From the IMG/VR virus record IMGVR_UViG_3300013342_000002: a stretch of DNA of 20,000 nucleotides; one strand, written 5' to 3'. This document shows, piece after piece, positions 8,057-15,562 of this stretch (the first letter of the stretch is position 1; every line of letters starts with the position of its first letter). This DNA is from an uncultured virus (IMG/VR IMGVR_UViG_3300013342_000002) (Duplodnaviria; Heunggongvirae; Uroviricota; Caudoviricetes). Made by a program: the position numbers and the translations under genes. The notes beneath the pieces were generated by a model. It searched no databases. It had not been told where the DNA came from and saw only the letters and a program-made list of their open reading frames with translations.

Positions 8057-9264
8057 TGGATCCGTATCTGGCAGGGCAGACACTCGGCAGCTTGTTTGGC
8101 GCCAAGGACCGCGCCTACAGCGCTGAGATGGATCGCCAGCAGAAGCTCGAAGCTGCAAAAGCTGAAGCTCGATACAAGCGAGCGCAGGCTGTCTTGGCTG
8201 AGGGCAACGTATCCCAGCGGGGTGTCATGAACGACCCTGCACTGGTGGGGCGCTTTCTCGCGGGAGACACTGATGCTCGGAACGAGTACCTGACGGCGGC
8301 CACGCTGGCGAACCCCAACGTCGACATCAAGACGCTAGGGGAAGGGCTACAGGTCCTGTACCGACAGGCTGCCAGAGACAAGGCGGTGCTGGGTGACGCG
8401 GATAATCCGAATTCGGAGCTGTTCGGTGTCGCGAATGGCCCGGTCGAAACGACGAAGATCTCTGACGGGGTGGCTTACAGCCCCCTGGGCTCGTCGTCTC
8501 AGTCGCTGAACGTGACGCCTCTTGGCGAGGCCGCGATCGGGCAGCGTCGCGCGTCTGCTGCGGCCAGCTATGCCAGTGCCGACAATTCCCGTGCCTCTGC
8601 TGCCCGAACCCGGCAGGCGATGAGCCTCGACCGCGCCGATGTGCTTGGCGGTGGCGGCGGAAAGCCTGCCAGCAAGGCTCCAAGCGGCTACCGCTGGGCC
8701 GCAAATGGAACCTTGGAGGCCATCCCCGGCGGCCCCGCCGACAAGCCGTTGGGGAGCGGCGCAACTGAAGACGAGCGCAAAGCCGCTGGCTGGCTGGGCC
8801 AGGCGACGCGGGCGCTCTCGAACATGGAGCAGGCGCTCTACAAGAAGGACGACAAAGGCGCCTTCTTGCTGGACGCGCGTGGGCAGCGCATCCCAACGGG
8901 AGCGGATACGCCTGGGTTCATCGAGACGTATTCGTGGAGCCCAGAGCTTGGCAATCGCAGCATGAGCCCGGATCGACAGCGCTATTCGAACGCCGCGTCG
9001 TCGCTGTCCGAAGCGCTGTTGCGCGCCGCTACCGGCGCTGGCGTCAACGAGTCCGAGGCAAAGCAGAAGATCGCAGAGTTGACCCCGCAGCGCGGTGATT
9101 CGGAGGAAGTGAAGAAGCAGAAGCTGGCTGGCGCTGCCGGCTACATCGAAGACCTGCGCGCCCGAGCAGGTCGCGCGCTTCCTGCTGCACCGCGGACCCT
9201 GGGCGATGCTCCTTCGGGAGGCATCCGCAAGCGCTACAACCCGGCGACTGGGAGGGTTGAATAA
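8056..9264 (+). CDS. DNA ejection/transfer protein
   Basis: 402 aa, Ala-rich. KAPSGYRW..GTLEAIPGGPAD and LLRAATGAGVNESE...PQRGDSEEVKKQK motifs are typical of podovirus ejection proteins. Confidence 0.65.
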   Translation: MDPYLAGQTLGSLFGAKDRAYSAEMDRQQKLEAAKAEARYKRAQAVLAEGNVSQRGVMNDPALVGRFLAGDTDARNEYLTAATLANPNVDIKTLGEGLQVLYRQAARDKAVLGDADNPNSELFGVANGPVETTKISDGVAYSPLGSSSQSLNVTPLGEAAIGQRRASAAASYASADNSRASAARTRQAMSLDRADVLGGGGGKPASKAPSGYRWAANGTLEAIPGGPADKPLGSGATEDERKAAGWLGQATRALSNMEQALYKKDDKGAFLLDARGQRIPTGADTPGFIETYSWSPELGNRSMSPDRQRYSNAASSLSEALLRAATGAGVNESEAKQKIAELTPQRGDSEEVKKQKLAGAAGYIEDLRARAGRALPAAPRTLGDAPSGGIRKRYNPATGRVE

Positions 9265-11615
9265 TGCCGATCGAAGTCGAATTGCCTGATGGCAGCATCG
9301 CCGAGTTCCCCGATGGCATGTCCGACGACGCCATCAGCAGTGTGCTGAGGAAGCAGTTTGGAACCGGTGGCCCTCCGATCACCGACCTGCCCGCCGTCCA
9401 GGCGCTCCCGCCTGATTTCTCCGAAGTGACAAGCAGCGTCTCCAGCACGGCGGACGGCCGGCAGGCGGACGGCTGGAGGGCCGGACCGCTGCGCGACGCC
9501 GCTTTCAGTGCGCGTTCGGTGCTACAGGGCATTGGCAGCCTCCTTGGCGCGGTCGGTGGCGATGCCCTCGGCGCGTTGGAAACGAAGGTCACCGGCCGGC
9601 CTGTGGCCAGCTTCCGCGACAACGCCGCGACGCTGGGCGACGCCCTCGGGCTGCCCAAGGCACAGACCTCTGGCGATCGCGTTCTCGGTGACGTGGGCGA
9701 GGCGCTGACCGGTACCGCCTTGACCCTTGGCGGTGGTGGAGCGCTCACCGCTGGGCGCCCGGTTGCCTCACTCGTGCCCACCCTGGGTGAGAGGGCGGGG
9801 GCGTTCCTCACTGCGCAGCCTGCCTTGCAGGTCGCCAGCACGCTCGGTGGCTCTGCAGCTGCCAGCGGAACGCGTGAGGCCGGTGGCGGGCCGGTCGCGC
9901 AGGCTATCGCGGGCATCGCCGGCGGCCTCGCACCGGGCGTGGTCCCGAGGCTGCCCACATCTGGCGTGGTTCCGGCAGTTGCCGCCAATGCCACGCGGCG
10001 AGCGCTGCGTGGTGGCGATGCTGCGGCGGTGAAGCAGACGCTGGGTGACTTCGCAGAAGCGGGGGTGCAGCCGAGCATGGGGCAGGCCACAGGCAATCGT
10101 GTGCTGCAGGCTGCTGAAACGTTCCTGGGAAGCGTGCCGGGCTCCGCTGGCGTGATCGATCGATTCGCACAGCGACAGGCTGGCCAGTTTGGCAACCGGA
10201 TCGATGAGATTGCCTCCTCGCTGGCACCGGGTGGCCAGGCTGTCGACCCAGAAATGGCTGGCCTCGCCATCAGGCAGGGAATTGCGGGGCCGGGCGGCTT
10301 CAAGGAGATGTCGCGCGCAGAGAGCAATGCGCTCTACCAGGCGCTGGACGAGCTGATTCCGCAGGACACGCGGGTCGACATCTCCAATGTGCAGGCGGCG
10401 CTGAGGGATCTGAATCAGGCTATCCCCGGCGCTCCTTCCACGTCGCGTTTGTTCCAGAACGCTCGCTTGGGCAGCATCGAGGGCGGCCTGATCGATGACA
10501 CCCAGGGCGTGCAGGCTCTGCTGACGCAGCCCGGCATGCAGGAGCAGGCCGACGCCTACCGCGCCTACCTGCAGGCCCAAGCTCGTTCCGTCGAGATGGA
10601 AAATGCGCGCCGCAAGTCGCTGGGCATGACGGTGATGGAGCCGGTGCCGACTGCTGATCAGATCGAGCAGAACGTCATGGCCACGCTGGGCAACATGACC
10701 GACAACCGTCTGCCCTACGAGGCCCTGCAGAAGCTGCGGTCGCTGGTTGGGCGCGAGATCGACAACGCCAATTTCGGCAGCGACGTGCCGCGCAGCATGT
10801 GGCGGCCGGTGTACGCCGCACTGAGCCGCGATATGGAGGAGGCGGTCAAGGCAACCGGCAATCCCAAGGCGGGTGAGGCCCTGACGAATGCCAACCAGTA
10901 CCACGCGCGGTATGTGGACCAGCTGGAGAACATCGATTCCATCATTGGCCCCAAGGACGGCGAGGCCGCCTATCTGGCCGCGGTGAGCGGCGCAAAGGAC
11001 GGACCGACCCGCATCCGATCGATCATGAAGGCGCTGCCGGATGAGCAGAAAAAGATCGTCAGCTCTGCCTTCATCCGCCGTATGGGCCGCGCTGTGGGCA
11101 GCCAGCAGACCGACGAGAACAATGTGTTCTCGATGAATACGTTCCTCACGAACTACGCCAACACCAGCCCGGAGGCTCGCAAGGTCCTGTTTGGCAGCTA
11201 CGGGCCTGAGTTTGAACGTAACATGCAGACGATCGCCAAAGCCTCCTCCCGTATCAGGGAGGGGTCGAAGGTGTTTGCGAACCCTTCGGGAACATCCAGT
11301 AGGGATGCGCTGATTGGGCAGCTGGCTACCACGGGTGCTGGCGCTGGTACGGCGCTGGCGATGGGAAACGCAGGCGCGGCGTTCATTACGCTGGCGAGTT
11401 CGCTGGGCAGTTCGGCATTTGCAAACGGCTTGGCCAAGGCCATGACCAGCCCCAAGTACGTCAACTGGCTCGCACGGACCTCTGAAAAGCCAACAGGGGA
11501 GATCATGAGCCAGCTACAGGTACTGCGTGGGATCGCGGAAAGGTCGCGCGATCCTGACGTCGCTGAGGTGGCGGATGAGATCGAGCGCCAGCTCAGCGAA
11601 CAAACGACAGAATGA
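9264..11615 (+). CDS. Large DNA ejection/transfer protein
   Basis: 783 aa. N-terminal VELPDGSIAEFPDGMSDDAI module, Gly/Ala hydrophobic stretches and a helical body. Last gene of the ejection cluster. Confidence 0.7.
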   Translation: MPIEVELPDGSIAEFPDGMSDDAISSVLRKQFGTGGPPITDLPAVQALPPDFSEVTSSVSSTADGRQADGWRAGPLRDAAFSARSVLQGIGSLLGAVGGDALGALETKVTGRPVASFRDNAATLGDALGLPKAQTSGDRVLGDVGEALTGTALTLGGGGALTAGRPVASLVPTLGERAGAFLTAQPALQVASTLGGSAAASGTREAGGGPVAQAIAGIAGGLAPGVVPRLPTSGVVPAVAANATRRALRGGDAAAVKQTLGDFAEAGVQPSMGQATGNRVLQAAETFLGSVPGSAGVIDRFAQRQAGQFGNRIDEIASSLAPGGQAVDPEMAGLAIRQGIAGPGGFKEMSRAESNALYQALDELIPQDTRVDISNVQAALRDLNQAIPGAPSTSRLFQNARLGSIEGGLIDDTQGVQALLTQPGMQEQADAYRAYLQAQARSVEMENARRKSLGMTVMEPVPTADQIEQNVMATLGNMTDNRLPYEALQKLRSLVGREIDNANFGSDVPRSMWRPVYAALSRDMEEAVKATGNPKAGEALTNANQYHARYVDQLENIDSIIGPKDGEAAYLAAVSGAKDGPTRIRSIMKALPDEQKKIVSSAFIRRMGRAVGSQQTDENNVFSMNTFLTNYANTSPEARKVLFGSYGPEFERNMQTIAKASSRIREGSKVFANPSGTSSRDALIGQLATTGAGAGTALAMGNAGAAFITLASSLGSSAFANGLAKAMTSPKYVNWLARTSEKPTGEIMSQLQVLRGIAERSRDPDVAEVADEIERQLSEQTTE

Positions 11616-11778
11616 CGTAGACGACGCCGGCGGCTACGCACAGGGCAAGGAAGCCCAGCCATATAAGCATCGGCACAGGACTTGCGCTGACCTTTTCCAG
11701 CTCTGCCTCGCTCTTCTCGTGCTGGATCTCGGCCCAGGTCTTCGGGGTGCCGTAGTTGGTCTTCTTCCAATCACTCAT
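11593..11778 (-). CDS. Small single-pass membrane protein (moron; candidate superinfection exclusion)
   Basis: 61 aa with a C-terminal hydrophobic helix MLIWLGFLALCVAAGVVYVIL. Directly downstream of 11789..12136 with a GAGGA RBS. Confidence 0.6.
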   Translation of the reverse strand: MSDWKKTNYGTPKTWAEIQHEKSEAELEKVSASPVPMLIWLGFLALCVAAGVVYVILSFVR

Positions 11779-11788
11779 GGCATTGTCC

Positions 11789-12136
11789 TCAGCGGAAAGG
11801 CTTCATCTGCACACAACGGGAAAGAGTGGTCGGAATCGAGTCCACGATCCGCTGGACTAGCTCTAGGTCCTTCCCAACGGACGCAACTTGCTCGTCGGAA
11901 AGTGCTGAAATGGTGAGCATGGTTGTGCACTCACACAGCTCGCTCATAGTCCCAGAGCCAGCCTGGATAATCGCATTGGCGACCTCGGGCTTGTACAAGG
12001 CGCGCTCTCGACAGAGTTTATCCACCCGCTCGGCGAGGACTACCCGCGCTGGCGCTCTGTAGGGATCTTCAGCCTTGGGTACGGCGGTGGGCGTTGAAGC
12101 GCCGACTGCAAGTGCAAGGAGCGATGTGACAATCAT
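11789..12136 (-). CDS. Secreted/periplasmic Cys-containing protein (moron)
   Basis: Signal peptide-like MIVTSLLALAVGAS, four Cys (C...CEC...C), and an AAGGAG RBS on the minus strand at 12147-12152. Confidence 0.65.
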   Translation of the reverse strand: MIVTSLLALAVGASTPTAVPKAEDPYRAPARVVLAERVDKLCRERALYKPEVANAIIQAGSGTMSELCECTTMLTISALSDEQVASVGKDLELVQRIVDSIPTTLSRCVQMKPFR

Positions 12137-12176
12137 CCGTGGTGTTCTCCTTTCATCACTTCACCTTGGTTGTAGT

Positions 12177-12623
12177 TCAGAACGGCATCTGGGCCAGGTC
12201 GGAAGCCAACTTCTCGACTTCGGCAGGGATCGGTTCACCGCTGTACTTCGCTTTGACTGCGTGGAACAGAGCTTGGCGAATGGTGTCGGAGAACTCTTCC
12301 AAGTAGGCAAGCTCGGACTGAGCGCCCTCCCATACAGCAGGATCAAAGTCAGACGCTGCGATTTCTTCCTGCAGGGTGGAGATCATGCCTTTCAGCGACT
12401 CCAGCCTGGATCGCAGCAGCAGCGACATCGTGTCCGGGGTGAAGACCACCTGCCTGCCGTCTCCCACGAACGACTCTTCAAGTCGGGCGACGATCTCGGC
12501 GTTTAGGGAGCGCCCCGACTCGCTTGCGGCCTCTTCCAGGCGCTCTTTCAGTTCCGGCTGCATCCGCAGCCCGAACGGGTTGATGTGCCCAGTAGCGGGG
12601 CGGGTTTCGAGCTTTCTGGCCAT
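12177..12623 (-). CDS. Arc/Mnt-family ribbon-helix-helix repressor with C-terminal extension (Mnt-like)
   Basis: PFGLRMQPELKERLEEAASESGRSLNAEIVARLEESF is a canonical Arc motif. Divergent from the arc/antirepressor operon, as mnt is in P22. Confidence 0.88.
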   Translation of the reverse strand: MARKLETRPATGHINPFGLRMQPELKERLEEAASESGRSLNAEIVARLEESFVGDGRQVVFTPDTMSLLLRSRLESLKGMISTLQEEIAASDFDPAVWEGAQSELAYLEEFSDTIRQALFHAVKAKYSGEPIPAEVEKLASDLAQMPF

Positions 12624-12626
12624 GGC

Positions 12627-12691
12627 TACATGGTGTCGTCAAAAAGTGCTTGACGCCATGCCCACACCGTGTAACTAATAACACCATGTAA
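12627..12691. promoter_or_regulatory. Divergent promoter/operator region with repeated ACACCRTGTA boxes
   Basis: TACATGGTGT at 12627-12636 (reverse copy), ACACCGTGTAA at 12664-12674 and ACACCATGTAA at 12681-12691. Inverted CGTCAA-N7-TTGACG at 12637-12655. Confidence 0.7.
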
Positions 12692-12763
12692 TCACTGGCG
12701 AGCATCCGTTGATGCCGCGGGTGGACCCGGGATAGTCCCTCTACCAACCACAGGAGAACCACC

Positions 12764-12913
12764 ATGGAAAAAGCGCACGTCGTTGTCCGGATGCCCGTCG
12801 ATCTGCGCGACTGGCTGAAGCAAAAGGCCGAGGAGGATCGTCGGTCGGTCAATTTCATGACCCTCGAGCTGCTGGAGAAGGCTCGTAGGGAGGACCAGGA
12901 GAAAGCCGCATGA
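12764..12913 (+). CDS. Arc-like RHH repressor, 49 aa (absent from the ORF track)
   Basis: Manual translation MEKAHVVVRMPVDLRDWLKQKAEEDRRSVNFMTLELLEKARREDQEKAA. CAGGAGA RBS and ATGA overlap with the next gene. Confidence 0.85.
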   Translation: MEKAHVVVRMPVDLRDWLKQKAEEDRRSVNFMTLELLEKARREDQEKAA

Positions 12914-13680
12914 GCGAGATGATGATCGCCGGAGTGCAAATCCACAGGGACGCGGGAGGCCGCTACAGTCTCAATGATCTTCACCGCGCCGCTGGCGGGG
13001 AAGTCAGGCACAGGCCCGCCACCTGGCTGCAAAATCAGCAGACCAAAGACCTGGTCACGGAGATTGAGAAAGACGGAATTCCGTCTATCCAAGCAAAACA
13101 AGGGCTTGGGACATATGTGGCGAAAGAGCTCGTCTATGCCTACGCCATGTGGATCAGCCCGGCATTCCACCTGAAAGTCATTCGCGCCTACGATGCCGCA
13201 TTGATCTCCCCCGCAATCAGCCAAGGGTTTGTCGGCGATGGTTGTGCGCTGATTGAGTCTGCAGCAAAGGTTTTGCGGCTGGCGCCATCGGTGACATTGG
13301 GGATGTACCAGCGGCTTGGCGGAAAGGTCGGTCATCAGGACCTCTTGCCGAGCTATACGGTAGATGCCCCGGCTGACACTGTTGGCAGTAGCGAGCCGAC
13401 GCTCCCGATGAGCAGCTTGCTGAAGATGGTCGGCGCCCCTATGAGCGCTCAGAAAGCCAATCAGCTGCTCAAGTCTATTGGCCTCCTTGAGCAGCGTGAA
13501 CGCCCGTCCAGTGGCAACCGGGTCAAGAAGTACTGGACGTTGACGGATGCGGGGCTGCAATACGGGAAGAACCTCACTTCTCCCGAGAATCCCCGCGAGA
13601 CGCAGCCTCACTACTACGTCGCGCGATTCGGTGAGCTCATGGACCTGATGTCTGGTGGTCTGCACGAGGCTGCAGCGTGA
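12910..13680 (+). CDS. KilA-N domain phage antirepressor / DNA-binding protein
   Basis: IHRDAGGRYSLNDLHRAAGG...GTYVAKELVYAYAMWISPAFHLKVIRAYD is a KilA-N signature. C-terminal YWTLTDAGLQYGKN...ETQPHYY domain. Confidence 0.9.
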   Translation: MSEMMIAGVQIHRDAGGRYSLNDLHRAAGGEVRHRPATWLQNQQTKDLVTEIEKDGIPSIQAKQGLGTYVAKELVYAYAMWISPAFHLKVIRAYDAALISPAISQGFVGDGCALIESAAKVLRLAPSVTLGMYQRLGGKVGHQDLLPSYTVDAPADTVGSSEPTLPMSSLLKMVGAPMSAQKANQLLKSIGLLEQRERPSSGNRVKKYWTLTDAGLQYGKNLTSPENPRETQPHYYVARFGELMDLMSGGLHEAAA

Positions 13681-13883
13681 GCCGCGAAGACCCGCAGGTG
13701 AATTTCCGTCTCCCGGCGGAGTTGCTGCAGCGCCTGCGATTTTCGGCAGCTACGAGCAATCGGACGGTGACTGCCGAGCTCGTTTCAAGGCTGGAGAGCA
13801 GTTTCGATGCCAAGCCCTGGCTTGATAAGCCTACCGCCGAGCGCTTGATTGAAGCCCTGCAGGACTACGTCGCACGGCCCTGA
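13677..13883 (+). CDS. Arc-family RHH DNA-binding protein
   Basis: SREDPQVNFRLPAELLQRLRFSAATSNRTVTAELVSRLESSF. GTGA overlap with the upstream gene. Confidence 0.88.
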   Translation: MSREDPQVNFRLPAELLQRLRFSAATSNRTVTAELVSRLESSFDAKPWLDKPTAERLIEALQDYVARP

Positions 13884-13890
13884 CTCCCCC

Positions 13891-13956
13891 AAAAGCGAAG
13901 CCCCAGGGCGGCCACCCCGGGGCTTCGGACGGAAAAATCGACTAGGAGATTTCCAA
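13891..13956 (-). ncRNA. Candidate sar-like antisense RNA (~66 nt)
   Basis: Minus-strand TTGACA (13990-13985)-N16-TAGCCT (13968-13963) promoter. The transcript would cover the AGGAGA RBS (13944-13949) of the 13956 ORF and end at hairpin 13896-13927 followed by CTTTT. Confidence 0.6.
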
Positions 13957-14273
13957 TGGCAAAGGCTACAGCAAGGCCGCTTTGTGTCAACTTCCCGAAG
14001 TCCCACCCGATCTGTGACTGCTGCGACAAGGTCGTGTCGTGGTCCAAGATGGAGGCGGTTCGCGGCGAGCTTGGAACGGTAGCGGGTGGCTTCAAGTACC
14101 AGATCTGCCGTGCATGCGCCGAGGATATTCAGGCTCTGCCTGCAGAGGAGCAGGTGATCCAGTACGCCTACGCTGCGATCAGCCATGCCGAGCTGTATTC
14201 GGCTTCCTATGCCAAGTTCATCGCGGACTGGTTTGGCTTCAACGACCGGGGCCGGGGGAAAAAGGCCGCATGA
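13956..14273 (+). CDS. Hypothetical protein with two CxxC motifs (putative Zn-binding)
   Basis: AGGAGA RBS, CDCC and CRAC motifs, ATGA-coupled to the next gene. Confidence 0.7.
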   Translation: MAKATARPLCVNFPKSHPICDCCDKVVSWSKMEAVRGELGTVAGGFKYQICRACAEDIQALPAEEQVIQYAYAAISHAELYSASYAKFIADWFGFNDRGRGKKAA

Positions 14274-14488
14274 GCATTCCCCACTCCAACGTCCGCGCCC
14301 AGCGCAGTATGAGCGGCGCAACCGGCCTCAGCCCAGAAGACCTGAAGGCTCTCGCGCTTGAACTGTGCGCCGCGCTTCCTCCGCCAGAGAGCGAGGATCC
14401 GGGAGAGCGAGAGCTGCTGCAGATCTATCGGTTGCTGGACGCGAACCAGCAGGAAGCCACCCGCCGATTCCTGGCGGCTATGGTTTGA
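14270..14488 (+). CDS. Small hypothetical protein (72 aa) resembling a repressor C-terminal helical domain
   Basis: Start ATG 14270 overlaps the upstream stop. Ends ERELLQIYRLLDANQQEATRRFLAAMV and is followed directly by a hairpin terminator. Confidence 0.6.
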   Translation: MSIPHSNVRAQRSMSGATGLSPEDLKALALELCAALPPPESEDPGERELLQIYRLLDANQQEATRRFLAAMV

Positions 14489-14492
14489 ACGG

Positions 14493-14517
14493 AGGGCCCG
14501 GGCAACCGGGCCCTTTA
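14493..14517 (+). terminator. Probable rho-independent terminator of the antirepressor operon
   Basis: AGGGCCCGG-GCAA-CCGGGCCCT, a perfect 9-bp stem with a GNRA loop and a short T tail. Confidence 0.65.
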
Positions 14518-14575
14518 CCGTTGATGGCCGGGGCGACGCGGGTACGTTGGGGTTCCCATCGAGAGGAGCGCACCC

Positions 14576-14803
14576 ATGTACAACAACACGCCGCACATCC
14601 CGACTTGGCGCCTGTGGCTGATCCACATCGTGGCGAAGGCGGTTGGGGTCTTGGTGCATGTCCAGGGGTTCCCGCTGGGTAGCAGGAGCAAGAAGTACGC
14701 GTTGCCAAGTGAGCCGAGCTGGAGCGAGGAGCTTTCGGAGCTGCAGCGCATCACCGCCGACCGAGCGAATGACGGCGCTTGGCGGGGAGCCTCGCTCCGT
14801 TGA
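14576..14803 (+). CDS. Small hypothetical protein upstream of the holin
   Basis: GAGGAG RBS, 75 aa, with a moderately hydrophobic N-half. Confidence 0.55.
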   Translation: MYNNTPHIPTWRLWLIHIVAKAVGVLVHVQGFPLGSRSKKYALPSEPSWSEELSELQRITADRANDGAWRGASLR

Positions 14804-14853
14804 AGCATCTGCGCGGAGCGCGAGCATTGCCCTGACTTCCACAGGGGCGTGCA

Positions 14854-15099
14854 ATGAAAGATCCGGTTTCCCAAGAGGTGGCTGCGGCCGCCTACAAGCT
14901 CGTGCCCCCGGTGGTGGGGACGATCACCACCACGGCGCAGGGGCTGTCGTGGGCCGACCTGGTGGCGATCTCGACGCTGGTCTACACGTGCGTCCTGACT
15001 GCCACGACGGTGATGCGGAACTGGGGTGATTGGTCGCAGTGGCTGGGCGCCCGTTTTGCGGCCTTGCGCCGGTTCTGGGGGTGGATCCGTGGCCACTAA
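14854..15099 (+). CDS. Holin (likely pinholin-type)
   Basis: 81 aa with hydrophobic segments and an amphipathic basic C-terminus. Immediately precedes and overlaps the endolysin. Confidence 0.75.
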   Translation: MKDPVSQEVAAAAYKLVPPVVGTITTTAQGLSWADLVAISTLVYTCVLTATTVMRNWGDWSQWLGARFAALRRFWGWIRGH

Positions 15100-15562
15100 G
15101 CGCGGCGTGGTGATCGGCGGGACAGTGGCCAGTGTGATTGCCCTGGCCAGCACCGCCCTGGTCCGTCCGTGGGAGGGCTACTCGCCGACTCCCTACATCG
15201 ACATGGTTGGCGTGGCGACCTACTGCTACGGAGACACCAGCCGGCCGGAGAAGGCCCGCTACACCGAGCAGGAGTGCGCCCAGCGGCTCAACAGCAGGCT
15301 AGGGCAGTACATGGCCGGCATCAGCAGCTGCGTCGTCCTCCCGCTCCACGAGAACGAGTGGGCGGCGGTACTGAGCTGGACCTATAACGTCGGTGTGGAT
15401 GCCGCATGCAAGTCGACCCTGGTCCGCAAGATCAACACGGGTCAGCCTGCATCGGCTTGGTGCCCAGAGCTGGACAAGTGGGTCTATGCGGGTGGGAAGC
15501 GGGTACAGGGCCTGGCCAACCGTCGAGCCGCCGAGCGGCGCCTGTGTGAGGGGAAGTCGTGA
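15089..15562 (+). CDS. SAR endolysin, GH24 lysozyme
   Basis: Probable GTG start at 15089. Gly/Ala-rich SAR helix, an E-x8-D-x5-T triad (EGYSPTPYIDMVGVAT), and YNVG and GLANRRAAE motifs. Confidence 0.92.
   Translation: MATKRGVVIGGTVASVIALASTALVRPWEGYSPTPYIDMVGVATYCYGDTSRPEKARYTEQECAQRLNSRLGQYMAGISSCVVLPLHENEWAAVLSWTYNVGVDAACKSTLVRKINTGQPASAWCPELDKWVYAGGKRVQGLANRRAAERRLCEGKS

Noticed and set aside
9044..10904. Long minus-strand ORFs (427 aa, 378 aa), and similarly 12478..13665, 15299..16627 and 7262..8158
   Set aside because: These are antisense shadows of well-supported genes in GC-rich DNA, with no recognisable motifs or RBS.
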